IMG/VR virus record: IMGVR_UViG_3300017917_003388
Coordinates: 96,001-160,000 of that record
Direction: 5' to 3' (one strand)
DNA length: 64,000 nucleotides
Origin: a virus
Under the pieces are notes generated by a model. The model was not told the DNA's origin and did no database searches. It saw only the letters and a program-made list of their open reading frames with translations. Position 1 is the first letter of the stretch. Every line of letters begins with the position of its first letter. The position numbers and the translations under genes are program-made. This document shows positions 41,298-51,790 of the stretch, piece after piece.

Positions 41298-42302
41298 TTA
41301 ACCTAATGTAGTTAATGATGAATCAGTATTAATTTGTGGTAATGGATATTTATTTCTTTCTAACATAGTTTGTTTTATAATAATCCCTGTTGATAAACTA
41401 GATTTTGATGGGGTAAAATCTTGTATCATTTTAAATAATGAATTATCATAAAATTTTATAAGTCTAATATAATCCCATAAATTGTAATTACTAATATATT
41501 TAGAAAAATATTCATCTCTTAATCTGTTTAAATCTGGATAAAAAGTTAAGGAAGATGAAATCTGTCTTGGATCTCCAATATAATTACCTATGTTAAAAAA
41601 TCCAAGTTGTTCTATTATATCATCATTTACTTCATCTTGTGGAGAAAAACCAACTTCTATATAATTTATATTTTTATTAAAGTTATTCTCAGAATTATGT
41701 TCTTGTTGAATTGAAATATATTGAGATAAAGTTTGATCTAATATATCATCTGAATTTGTTATTTTTATTTTTTCTGATATTGTATTTTTTATACCAGAAT
41801 TAAATGATTTTTGATATATTATTTCTGTTTGAGGAGAAAAAGAATATACTCCATTTAATGTATAAATACTACTAGTAAAATTAGAACTAGATATAAAAAA
41901 TGAAGATGTTGAAGGAATTTTAGAAATACTAGGATGAACAGATATTCTAGTAGATAATGAAATATCATTATCTAATACTGTCCCTAATGGAGCTCTAAAT
42001 ATTAATTTATTTAATGATGTATTAGTTCCTGTTTCTTCATTCCCCTCAATTGAATATGGATTCATAACATAATCATCAAACTTATCTTCATCTAGATTAA
42101 AATTATAAAATCTTAACTCTTGAAATGAACCAGAAAATGGAGTATATGTTTTCCCATTTATATTTAAATCAGAAGGAGAAGATAAATAAAAACTTCCACT
42201 TCTAATATTAGAAAAAGCTGATGATGAAATACTAGATGAACTTTGAAATCCTAAAATATGCCCATCATACCCAGTATATATTTTATTTTTAGAATATAAC
42301 AT
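41298..42302 (-). CDS. Baseplate wedge-like protein, C-terminal part
   Basis: Begins with the end of a LamG-like domain (FSGSFQELRFYN); later FYDNSLFKMIQDFTP..TGIII. Confidence 0.55.
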   Translation of the reverse strand: MLYSKNKIYTGYDGHILGFQSSSSISSSAFSNIRSGSFYLSSPSDLNINGKTYTPFSGSFQELRFYNFNLDEDKFDDYVMNPYSIEGNEETGTNTSLNKLIFRAPLGTVLDNDISLSTRISVHPSISKIPSTSSFFISSSNFTSSIYTLNGVYSFSPQTEIIYQKSFNSGIKNTISEKIKITNSDDILDQTLSQYISIQQEHNSENNFNKNINYIEVGFSPQDEVNDDIIEQLGFFNIGNYIGDPRQISSSLTFYPDLNRLRDEYFSKYISNYNLWDYIRLIKFYDNSLFKMIQDFTPSKSSLSTGIIIKQTMLERNKYPLPQINTDSSLTTLG

Positions 42303-42322
42303 TCTTATTTAATTTTTTAAAG

Positions 42323-44524
42323 TTAATTAAAATTATACATTACGGACCACCATTCTTTATTAAAAAACGGTAAATAAATTGATGAAGAAGTATAGTTAGT
42401 CAAATCAATAAACTTCAATGTACCGTATTCGTTATATGGGTCAGGAATTGAACCTGAATATGAACCACTATTATATCCTGAACCTGTATATTCTAAGGTT
42501 AAAACAAAATTATTTTCAGGTGAATATGCTAATACTTGATCATATGAACTAGAATTAGGAATACCTTCTGTTTTAAATCTAAATTCAATAGTAAAAGATG
42601 ATGAATTATTCCCCATATTTCCCCCACCATAAATATCAGTACCATAAATTCCTATCCCATATCCACCAGAATATGAACTTGTATCAACATATATTGGAAC
42701 TTGAATGTATCCAGAACTGGTAGTATAAAAAGCATAATTAAATTGATTTTGGAAATTATCCCATGTTTCATTAAATGAAGATTTACCCCCAAATTCATTT
42801 ATTCGTAGAATAGTATCATCTACTCCATATATATTAGTTAATAATTTTAATCCTTCAACTGTTCCTTTTTTCTTTAATAAAACAGGAATGTTATGGTATA
42901 TTCGTTTGTAAATTTCTTTATTTACGTCATCTAATGGTTTAATACTAGAACTATTAGAAGATGACACCACATTATTGATATATTCATAACCTGAGGGTGT
43001 TGGGAGTGAACCAGTTATATATGGTATATTTATTATACTTCCGGATACTGTTAAACCTAATAATGCAGAATATAGATCATTTGATGAATAATTATTTTGA
43101 TATATATTAATACCTAAATCTCTAATAGCCTGTGCTACTATATCTTTAGATATACCAAATTCTAATCTATTATCAGCATCAAATTTATTAGTTACATCTT
43201 TAATATATAACCATATATTATCAAAATGTTGTCCTACCATATTTGTAAACAAAAAATATGGTTCATTATTTTCATCTTCTCTCAAATATGATGGTATTGC
43301 ATTTAATAATATATCTTTATTTTCAGAATCATATAAAGATGCTGAATATATTTGGTCTGTTAACCAAGTTTGACCTTCGGAAGATGTAACTGAAAAATTT
43401 ATATATGGTGGATTGTTATTAATTTTGGGCCATGATTTACTAGAGGATTCATAATATAAAAAGTATTCATATCCATCAAAATTTGTTATTATGTCATTTA
43501 TTTTATTATCTATTACTACTTTACTAGAAGAAACATATATATTTGAACCACTAATATTTAATTGATTACTACTATTATTATATTCTTCTATTAATGATAA
43601 TTTATAATAAAAATTTTCAAGTCTAGTTTGAGCTGATGAGAAATGTATAAAATCAGAATATTTAGTATAATCTATATTTATCTCAATTCCTTTTTCAGCT
43701 AAAAGACTGTTTATTTGGTATTGCAAACTTCCAGAACCAGGAACTGATGTATTAGATTTTAATATGGTTAAATTTTGATATGGAGTTGAGTTATTAATTT
43801 GATCTTGAATATCTATATTAAAATTAGGACCACTAATGAATTGTGCATCATCATCTATTGAAAATATACTTATTAATTCAATATTATATGCTTGAGATTC
43901 AGATATTTTTTCAACAACCCAACATTTATCATTAAATGAAAATAATTCAGGTAAAGGTTCATATAATTTAATTAATACTGTTGGATCTAATGGATTACTT
44001 TGATCTAAAGCAATATTATTAGCTATAATCAAATTATTATTACCAAAATTCAAATAAAAATCTAAATATACTCCTTGATTATTTTGTATTTCAACAGCAA
44101 ATGCATTTACTAAATCTATTACATCAGAATTAGATATTTGAGTAGTATTTAATCTTAATTCTGTTCTATCAGCACTTATATCCTGTATATAGAATGGTTT
44201 ATCAACTGATGATGTTAATTTTCTTTTTAAAAAATTATATAATGTGTAATACTGCCCTTCATTAAACCCCTGTGATTCTAAATCATTTTGGGGATTTAAA
44301 ATTATATTATCATCTTGGATTGTATATCCTGTGTATCCAATGTTATTTTGGTATAAAATATTTTTATTTAAATCAAATATTATATATTCAATATAATTTT
44401 CATTAGGATTAAAAGTTATATCTTCTTTAATGAAATTAGATATAAGTTCATTATCTTTTATGGAGTATTCTTGAAATTGGAATGACTCAGGATTTATAGC
44501 TTGTATTGATATCTTTTTATCCAT
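42323..44524 (-). CDS. Baseplate wedge-like protein (gp7-like), N-terminal part
   Basis: IPSYL, VGQHFD and LLKKKGTVEGLKLL..YG (tail-protein I/gp7-type KGT motif); ends inside a LamG-like domain. Confidence 0.6.
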   Translation of the reverse strand: MDKKISIQAINPESFQFQEYSIKDNELISNFIKEDITFNPNENYIEYIIFDLNKNILYQNNIGYTGYTIQDDNIILNPQNDLESQGFNEGQYYTLYNFLKRKLTSSVDKPFYIQDISADRTELRLNTTQISNSDVIDLVNAFAVEIQNNQGVYLDFYLNFGNNNLIIANNIALDQSNPLDPTVLIKLYEPLPELFSFNDKCWVVEKISESQAYNIELISIFSIDDDAQFISGPNFNIDIQDQINNSTPYQNLTILKSNTSVPGSGSLQYQINSLLAEKGIEINIDYTKYSDFIHFSSAQTRLENFYYKLSLIEEYNNSSNQLNISGSNIYVSSSKVVIDNKINDIITNFDGYEYFLYYESSSKSWPKINNNPPYINFSVTSSEGQTWLTDQIYSASLYDSENKDILLNAIPSYLREDENNEPYFLFTNMVGQHFDNIWLYIKDVTNKFDADNRLEFGISKDIVAQAIRDLGINIYQNNYSSNDLYSALLGLTVSGSIINIPYITGSLPTPSGYEYINNVVSSSNSSSIKPLDDVNKEIYKRIYHNIPVLLKKKGTVEGLKLLTNIYGVDDTILRINEFGGKSSFNETWDNFQNQFNYAFYTTSSGYIQVPIYVDTSSYSGGYGIGIYGTDIYGGGNMGNNSSSFTIEFRFKTEGIPNSSSYDQVLAYSPENNFVLTLEYTGSGYNSGSYSGSIPDPYNEYGTLKFIDLTNYTSSSIYLPFFNKEWWSVMYNFN

Positions 44525-44864
44525 TAGAACCTGAAACTTGTAGGTTGATTAATTGTTGATTTAATTCTAAATTTTGTTGTTGTAATAGATTAATTTCATC
44601 TATTAATGCTTGAATATCTGAATTTATTGATGTTTCTCCAACATATTCTGTACTAGTTTTAATTAAATATTCATGAGAATTAATTTCTCCATTTTTAGGA
44701 ATATCAAGAAATAATTCTTCATAGTATTTAAAAAATTCACTTATTGTAATTGTCGAAGTAGGAATATTATTTGAAGATAGAGATGTAGCCAATTGAGAAA
44801 AATTAGTATCTATTACTTTCTCATATTGGTTTTTAACATATAATTTTTTATTTAAATTACCCAT
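44517..44864 (-). CDS. Hypothetical structural protein
   Basis: C-terminal coiled coil; baseplate cluster. Confidence 0.5.
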   Translation of the reverse strand: MGNLNKKLYVKNQYEKVIDTNFSQLATSLSSNNIPTSTITISEFFKYYEELFLDIPKNGEINSHEYLIKTSTEYVGETSINSDIQALIDEINLLQQQNLELNQQLINLQVSGSNG

Positions 44865-45966
44865 TTATTATTTTAAAATTATAATTATCATTAAATATTA
44901 TTGTTTGTCCATCAATTTCTATTTTTATTAAAATAGTATAATATCTTTCAGGTTGTAAACCATTCATATATATATTAAAATAACTACTTGTTTCATCTCG
45001 ACTTAATTTAGTATAATTACTAAAATCTATAACATATTCATTAGTATATAAATCTTTTATTGCATAGTATGAATTATCAGGTAAATAATAATTTTGAACA
45101 TAATATGATGAGGTTTGGAAAGTTCTAGCAGGATATTCAGGTCTAGAATATACTCTAAATTTTGATATACTATCATTATAAAATTGTCCTAAATTTTCTC
45201 CAATAGTTATAACACATTGTGAATCGTTAAGAATTGGTAATGATGATGAACCTGTAGAGAATATATTATTTTCCCACATGAATTCCAAATATGGAGGATA
45301 AATAGTATTACTATCTACTGAAAAGTATTTTATTTTTGGTTGAACATTTATATTATCAATAAATTCTTCTTTTTGCTTAATAATAAATCCTTCATTTTCT
45401 ATTGATGCACTATACCATGCTTTAACAATATTAGTTACATCTATATTTATATCTTTATCCGAATAATATGATAATACTTGGGAACCACTTAAAGATTGAG
45501 TTACATACCATGTTCCACCTCCCATTGATGAAGATGTACTATACGAACCGGTAGTTCCTGGAGAATATGAGCTAGTTTCCCACATACTTCCACTAGTATA
45601 ATTTCTCCAAATCCAACTTACCCCATTTTGTATTTCAGGAATAAATGAGTATTTACCATTACCCATATCCCAAGATTGTGATATAGGATATACTTCTAAT
45701 GTTGTATCTGAACTTATTGCTTCCCCTGTAGCTATAAAGCATCTCAAATTTGATTTCCATTCTGAACCTGATATTAGATTATTTATGACATTTGTTATAT
45801 CATTAGTGTCATATTTAATTAAAAATCTACTAGTTTGGGGAAATGGATTTTCAGAATTTCCTATTTCTAATGAAGTTTCAATTATTTCATCTAGTCCTGT
45901 ATTTTTATTAGGGTATAATGAGTATATTGTAGCATCTTTGGTTGGGAATATTTTATAAACAGCCAT
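44857..45966 (-). CDS. Virion structural protein (DNRLRE-like domain)
   Basis: KIFPTKDATIYS..P.KN.G, SRFLIKYD, W.MG.G, IDVTNIVKAW and PYLE motifs. Confidence 0.55.
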   Translation of the reverse strand: MAVYKIFPTKDATIYSLYPNKNTGLDEIIETSLEIGNSENPFPQTSRFLIKYDTNDITNVINNLISGSEWKSNLRCFIATGEAISSDTTLEVYPISQSWDMGNGKYSFIPEIQNGVSWIWRNYTSGSMWETSSYSPGTTGSYSTSSSMGGGTWYVTQSLSGSQVLSYYSDKDINIDVTNIVKAWYSASIENEGFIIKQKEEFIDNINVQPKIKYFSVDSNTIYPPYLEFMWENNIFSTGSSSLPILNDSQCVITIGENLGQFYNDSISKFRVYSRPEYPARTFQTSSYYVQNYYLPDNSYYAIKDLYTNEYVIDFSNYTKLSRDETSSYFNIYMNGLQPERYYTILIKIEIDGQTIIFNDNYNFKIING

Positions 45967-45988
45967 TATTTAATATTAAAAAAATTAA

Positions 45989-47830
45989 TTAAAATGATGA
46001 ACATCTTCCTGATATATCAGTTGATGGGTATTTTATTTCAAAAATCATAGGGTCTAAAGATGGATAAACAACATTATTCTTAGTAGCTCCAGATATATCA
46101 TAAGCATATTTAGAATAACCTATATTTTCTCCAGTTTTATTAGTTATATTTACTGATTTAACAGTTTGTACTCCATCTATCTTATCTAACAATATATATA
46201 TTTCTTTAAGCATTATCGGTTGATTTATTTGCCATTTGGATATATCAAAATAATTTTGAAGAGCTGTTATACAGTTTGTTAATACCTCATTAGTATTATA
46301 ATTAGGTAATATTATTATATCAAAATCTACACCTATATTTATAATAAATGCATCTTTTATATTTATTGAATCATTTACCATTCTATATTGTGATAAATAA
46401 GTAGATAAATTTTGTTTAAGTGCAATTGAAGCAGTATTTAGGTTTCCATCTTTATTAAGAGTTAACACATATAAATCCAAAATTCCTTCATTTTTATTAG
46501 ATGATGAATTTCTAATTTTAGTAGGTTCAATATATGCTTTAAATATACTTCCATATTTTGAAGGCATACTCAATGATCTTACCAAATAATCATTTGGGAT
46601 TACATTTCTTAATTGAGAAGCAAAATTCATTGATGAATTTTGTCTTATTTCCTGAATTGTATCACCATCACCTCCTCCAGAAGCTGCTTCTGGATTAGTA
46701 ACAGCTAATGAATTGAATATATCATTAGCAGTTATATTATTTAAATTATATTTTAAAAATGATATATCACCATTGATATTAGTTAATGTATTTGAAGAAA
46801 CATTAGATGATACTCCACCTCCTGTTAAATATCTAAATGTTAATACTGTATTGGATGGAGAAATACCATATGTTTTAGTATATAAAAAATTAGATGGAGA
46901 AAAGGCAGTAGTTAATTTAGTTTGTTCAAATGGTAATCCTAATCCTATGTTATCCATATTTGGAATTATAGTTTCATCAGTATCTAAACTATTCCCTGCA
47001 CCAAATTGGATTTGTAATGTTGTTGAATTTTTAAATCTAGTTGTAAATCTATATTGGGTTTTTTTAAGTTTTAATAAATATGGTGTGTCATTATATATAT
47101 ATAAATTAGGATCATTAATATTTGTGTTTTTAATAGAATCAAAAACCATTTCTTGACCTAAATAATCTACTTCATTCCATGTATTTCCTTCACTATCTAT
47201 AACATCTAAAATACCTATTATGTTTGAAGCATTTATTTCTACTGTAGGAAATGGGGTAGGAGAACCAAAACTAAATGTTGTTGTATTAATAGTAGATGAT
47301 ATTGCTTTTCTAGTTTTTTTAAGTAAAAAATAAGTAGGATTACCAGCTGATATTTCATATACAGATATTTCTGTTGGGTCTAAAGAACTAGATGATGAAA
47401 AATCAACAGGTTCTTCAATCAAAAATGATATACCATTTGAATCTGATACTGTAGAATTTGAATTTATAAATAAAGCATAATCAAAATCAGGAACATATTC
47501 AGAGCCAGATAATATTGATGGAATTTTTTGATATAAATCTATGTTTGTAGTAGCAACTCCTGTTACTTTTGGTTTATAACCAAACATATATGCTAATTCA
47601 AATAAATTATTAGATTGTCTAGCGAATTGTAAATAATTTTCTTGAATCTGGTTATCTAAATAAAATGATAATACATCACCAACATATGCTGACATTTCTA
47701 AGAACATCATTCCTGGAGATGCAGGAGTAAAATCATTATATGTAGTTGGAAAATATGTTTTAGCATAATCTATCAGATTAGCTCTAAATTCCGAAAAATC
47801 TTTATTTATATATTTTATATTTTTATTCAT
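45989..47830 (-). CDS. Baseplate wedge subunit (T4 gp6-like)
   Basis: KDFSEFRANLIDYAK, YVGDVLSFYLD, GYKP, IQFG, YLTGGG, GGGDGDT and QLRNV..DY motifs. Confidence 0.85.
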   Translation of the reverse strand: MNKNIKYINKDFSEFRANLIDYAKTYFPTTYNDFTPASPGMMFLEMSAYVGDVLSFYLDNQIQENYLQFARQSNNLFELAYMFGYKPKVTGVATTNIDLYQKIPSILSGSEYVPDFDYALFINSNSTVSDSNGISFLIEEPVDFSSSSSLDPTEISVYEISAGNPTYFLLKKTRKAISSTINTTTFSFGSPTPFPTVEINASNIIGILDVIDSEGNTWNEVDYLGQEMVFDSIKNTNINDPNLYIYNDTPYLLKLKKTQYRFTTRFKNSTTLQIQFGAGNSLDTDETIIPNMDNIGLGLPFEQTKLTTAFSPSNFLYTKTYGISPSNTVLTFRYLTGGGVSSNVSSNTLTNINGDISFLKYNLNNITANDIFNSLAVTNPEAASGGGDGDTIQEIRQNSSMNFASQLRNVIPNDYLVRSLSMPSKYGSIFKAYIEPTKIRNSSSNKNEGILDLYVLTLNKDGNLNTASIALKQNLSTYLSQYRMVNDSINIKDAFIINIGVDFDIIILPNYNTNEVLTNCITALQNYFDISKWQINQPIMLKEIYILLDKIDGVQTVKSVNITNKTGENIGYSKYAYDISGATKNNVVYPSLDPMIFEIKYPSTDISGRCSSF

Positions 47831-47832
47831 TA

Positions 47833-48240
47833 TTATGAAAATATTATATTTATATCATCTTCAATTCCAGTATTTAATATAGAATAATATAATTGTATAT
47901 TAATTTCATTATAATCTGGAAGTTTGTCTATTGTTATTTTGTTTATTTTTATATTATTAAAATATTGTTCTAACATATATTGAATGTTAGTTTCTAAATC
48001 ATCTAAATTATCATTGGTTATTTGTTCAAATATAAAAGCTCTTAAATTAGCCCCAAATAAGTTATTTAAGTATCTTTCATTTTTATTGGTTAAAAATAAA
48101 TTTAATAGATTATTTCTAATAGCATCTTTAGTAGTGTATGTAGAAAAAAATACACCAGGAGCATTAAAAGGGATAGATACACCAATGGCTGTACCAGGTT
48201 TAAGATCTATAGGATATATTTTTTTATTACCAAAAGCCAT
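47833..48240 (-). CDS. Baseplate protein gp25-like
   Basis: AIRNNLLNLFLTNKNERYLNNLFGANL..IFE motif. Confidence 0.85.
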   Translation of the reverse strand: MAFGNKKIYPIDLKPGTAIGVSIPFNAPGVFFSTYTTKDAIRNNLLNLFLTNKNERYLNNLFGANLRAFIFEQITNDNLDDLETNIQYMLEQYFNNIKINKITIDKLPDYNEINIQLYYSILNTGIEDDINIIFS

Positions 48241-48243
48241 ATG

Positions 48244-48588
48244 TTATCTATTCAATAATGCATTTATACTATCTAAACTTAATTGACCACTAGGTAAAGG
48301 ACCATTTATCGGATCTACATTTTCATTCAAATTAAATTCTCCTTCTAAACCAGTTTTGGGACCTTTCATCATATCTTCCAAAATATCAGTATAAGATTGA
48401 CGCATTTGTGTTGGTGTTAATTGATTTTGATGAGGATTAAAATCTGATTTATGTTGATTATTATTGATATTTTCTTTCAAATATGTTTTATTATTATTAA
48501 TAGCTTCAATAAGTATATTTTTTATCTCATCACGAAATACTTCTCTTACTGATTCTGTTATTATTGTTTTTAATTGTTCTATTTTCAT
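48244..48588 (-). CDS. Hypothetical protein with an MKxxxLKxIIxExVRE leader
   Basis: ORF track; upstream ATATTTATA box. Confidence 0.5.
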   Translation of the reverse strand: MKIEQLKTIITESVREVFRDEIKNILIEAINNNKTYLKENINNNQHKSDFNPHQNQLTPTQMRQSYTDILEDMMKGPKTGLEGEFNLNENVDPINGPLPSGQLSLDSINALLNR

Positions 48589-48606
48589 AATTATAAATAT
48601 TTTATA

Positions 48607-49407
48607 CTATAAAGCTTCTAAATTATTGTTATCTATTATTAATTTAATTTGTTCAATTAATACATTTGGGGTTGAGGTGAAAGATAAAGGAGTTTGTAAT
48701 AATATAATACCTTGTTTATTTCTAGCCACAGCTTTTCGACGACTAACTGTTGGAGAAAAATATTCTTCTAATATATCCAATGTAAATCCTTTATATATAT
48801 TTTCAACCAATGTATCATTATATTGTTGGTTTATGTTATTTATGTAACTATTAGATGAAATTAAATCATCTGAATTAACCCCACACCTAGTTAAATACAA
48901 ATCTATATTTTTAATTAATGCATATAATTTATATATCACATCATTAGCATAACTTAAAGCCTCAGATATTGAATTAATTTTATTTTTAGCAAGCTGAATC
49001 TTAGGAGATATAATTTCGGTAATATCTTTTAAAGTATTAATAGCTGCTGGAGCAGCACCAGGAGTAACTGGAATAAGGTTTAGAGCTATATTAGCTGCAA
49101 TTCGAGCTTTGTTAGTAGTGTCTAAAATAATAGAAGTAGTATCTACTACATTTGATAATGTATTGATTGGTTTACTTAAAATTTCTATAGTATTAGATGT
49201 AGTATTTAATATGTTTAATAATTTATTTCTGGTTTGAGTAATTTTATCTAATTCATCTTTATTAAGACAACTACTAGGCATTATCACATCTTTTTGTCCT
49301 ATATTTATTATACCTACAGTATCTGCAATACTCACTATTTGGGGTATTAATTTTTTGATAAGCTTCTGAGTATTATTTAATATTAATATGGGTATTTTGT
49401 TACTCAT
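48607..49407 (-). CDS. Hypothetical protein (baseplate region)
   Basis: ORF track. Confidence 0.5.
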   Translation of the reverse strand: MSNKIPILILNNTQKLIKKLIPQIVSIADTVGIINIGQKDVIMPSSCLNKDELDKITQTRNKLLNILNTTSNTIEILSKPINTLSNVVDTTSIILDTTNKARIAANIALNLIPVTPGAAPAAINTLKDITEIISPKIQLAKNKINSISEALSYANDVIYKLYALIKNIDLYLTRCGVNSDDLISSNSYINNINQQYNDTLVENIYKGFTLDILEEYFSPTVSRRKAVARNKQGIILLQTPLSFTSTPNVLIEQIKLIIDNNNLEAL

Positions 49408-49410
49408 AAA

Positions 49411-50142
49411 TTATAATGAATTGATAATTTTAGATTGTGATTGTAAATAATTTCTTTGTTTTTCTAAAAGTAATGATTTAACATTTTCAGATGATATATT
49501 ATTAATAATTGGGGTATCTATTTTATCCCAAATTTTAGGTATAGCTTGTTTTATTAAATATTGATCATGTATTGATGGATTATATAATTCATAATATATT
49601 AAAGCAGGAAATTGATTTTGTTTTGATAATTGAGTATTTTTTTTACTTATTACATATCTTTTATTTCCCCATATAGCTGGATATAATGATGATTCAGGAT
49701 AATTATCTAATGATGGTTTATATATATTAGAACGAGGATAAAACATTTGAAGTGTTTGAGTACCAACCCATCCATCAATTTGAACATTAGGGTCTGTTTT
49801 TTGTGTAAATTTTTGGATGGCTATTATATCTTCATTAGTTATAGGATTATTAATTCCTCTATATTTGTTATTAAAAGTAGCCCATATAGATGTGCGTTTA
49901 TTTGTATTAAATTCATTTATTAATTCTAAACTAATTTCTTTTTTACCTGAGAGTGAATTTATATCTGTTGAAATTTCTTTATCTTGTATAAATAAATAAA
50001 AAAATGCCCATTTATCTGCTACACTACCCGGAGGGAATTTATTTACATATTCTATATCTAATGGATTATTATTATTCAATACAGGTGCGGTTAAATCTAC
50101 ACCTGATGTTACTCCAAATTTATTATCACCTATATTTCCCAT
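49411..50142 (-). CDS. Hypothetical protein with a possible peptidoglycan-binding motif
   Basis: IIAIQKF...IDGWVGTQT resembles the PG_binding_1 DGxxGxxT motif. Confidence 0.4.
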   Translation of the reverse strand: MGNIGDNKFGVTSGVDLTAPVLNNNNPLDIEYVNKFPPGSVADKWAFFYLFIQDKEISTDINSLSGKKEISLELINEFNTNKRTSIWATFNNKYRGINNPITNEDIIAIQKFTQKTDPNVQIDGWVGTQTLQMFYPRSNIYKPSLDNYPESSLYPAIWGNKRYVISKKNTQLSKQNQFPALIYYELYNPSIHDQYLIKQAIPKIWDKIDTPIINNISSENVKSLLLEKQRNYLQSQSKIINSL

Positions 50143-51411
50143 TTATAAAGTAAAATTTCGTTTTGAAATAAGTGTACAATCTTCATTATTTGTCCCTATT
50201 TGTTTTTCTAAACTTTCCACCACAGATAATATCTTAGATGTAGGAATTAATAATTTAGAAAAACTAACTGGATTTCCTTCTACTGCAGGATCAGACTCCA
50301 TATTTTGTAATAAATTAGTTATTTCTTTTAAAGCACTAGTTAAATCACGTATTACTTGAGAAGTAACATTACCCAACATTAAAGGCTCAGTAGCTAATTT
50401 TTTAATTCCTAAATATGTTTTATCTGAATTAATTATTGTTTCTTTAGTATCTATATTTAATGATTGCTGTGAATTTAAACTTATAGATTTATTAGAACTA
50501 AATAATATACTATCATCATAAGAATTAAATAATAACCTACCAGAATCTAATATTATTTGATTTTTATTATATTTACTTGGTGATATAGGAATATCTGTTT
50601 CATAACTAGTATAATTTTGGCTAGAAACTGATATTGGTATTACTTGATTATTACATAAATATATAGATGAATCATCATTATTTATATTTTCAACTATAGG
50701 TTCCCATCCTTCTTCATTTTGTGATCCCTGACCATTACGTATTATTATTATGGGGTTACCATTTTCTTTATTACTAGACCAATTATTTTTACCATTATTA
50801 ACAGTACTTCCTAATCTAATTGAATTTCCAAATCTTCCTTCGTATATTATATCTCCTTCAAATGGTAATAAAGGATGAATATTTGGTTTTTCATTAAATG
50901 TTTTACCCAAAAATACTCTTTCATTTTCACTATTAACTTGGATAGGTTCAATGGATGTTTGATTATAATTTTTAGATATTGGTTGTAAATATGAAGGATA
51001 AGCATTATGATGAGGATGATTCCATAATGCTATTAAATTTAAATAATATGAATTTAAAGAATTATTATTCTCACCTATATTAGTATTAGGTAATGATATT
51101 ATATATACTAATTCATTTATTAGTGGGTAATTTTTAATATTAGAATAAGACGGATAAGCAACTGGATTATTAGGATTAGAAGGATCAAATTTTTGTTTTA
51201 ATGGCTGATTAACTAATTCATATTGTATAGCACCTAAAGATCTCCATCCTCCTAAAGATTTAAATCTAGGATGACTAGCATCTAAAATTATATCTAATAC
51301 TCTAACTGGAACTAGATTATTTTCTAAAGAAAGTATTTTTTGAGTATGAAACCCATTTTCTTTATTTAGATTAAAATTTTTATTTAAAGCACTAAATCCA
51401 AAAGAGGTCAT
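50143..51411 (-). CDS. Baseplate hub/spike protein (gp5-like)
   Basis: YPLINELV, EGDIIYEGRFGNSIRLG, beta-repeat region and EPLMLG; upstream of gp25 and gp6. Confidence 0.6.
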   Translation of the reverse strand: MTSFGFSALNKNFNLNKENGFHTQKILSLENNLVPVRVLDIILDASHPRFKSLGGWRSLGAIQYELVNQPLKQKFDPSNPNNPVAYPSYSNIKNYPLINELVYIISLPNTNIGENNNSLNSYYLNLIALWNHPHHNAYPSYLQPISKNYNQTSIEPIQVNSENERVFLGKTFNEKPNIHPLLPFEGDIIYEGRFGNSIRLGSTVNNGKNNWSSNKENGNPIIIIRNGQGSQNEEGWEPIVENINNDDSSIYLCNNQVIPISVSSQNYTSYETDIPISPSKYNKNQIILDSGRLLFNSYDDSILFSSNKSISLNSQQSLNIDTKETIINSDKTYLGIKKLATEPLMLGNVTSQVIRDLTSALKEITNLLQNMESDPAVEGNPVSFSKLLIPTSKILSVVESLEKQIGTNNEDCTLISKRNFTL

Positions 51412-51413
51412 TT

Positions 51414-51758
51414 TTATTTTATATTTTGTATATCTTTAATTTCTTTTAATAGTTGTGTCTTCTCTTCTTCAGATAAACCTAAATCATTTGAGTTATTTCC
51501 TCCTCCACTATTATTTAAACATCGTTGTATTATAGTAGCCATTTTAATTAATTGTTCATCATTTTTAACTCCTATTTCTAAATATTCTTTAAGTAATGGG
51601 ACTATTAATGTTGCATCTCCTATATTTTCTACTAAAGGTTTTAACTCATCAATTAATGATGAAATCTGTTTTTCTTTCTTTTTTTGATTTGAGTATATTT
51701 CTTGGAATAAATCTTTAAGTTTTTTATCCCCAAATATGTTAGATTCAAATATATCCAT
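51414..51758 (-). CDS. Hypothetical helical protein (possibly terminase small subunit)
   Basis: Small helical protein with an LSEEEK.QLL tail; function not established. Confidence 0.35.
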   Translation of the reverse strand: MDIFESNIFGDKKLKDLFQEIYSNQKKKEKQISSLIDELKPLVENIGDATLIVPLLKEYLEIGVKNDEQLIKMATIIQRCLNNSGGGNNSNDLGLSEEEKTQLLKEIKDIQNIK

Positions 51759-51790
51759 GATTTTAAATATTTTTATTATATTTATACATA

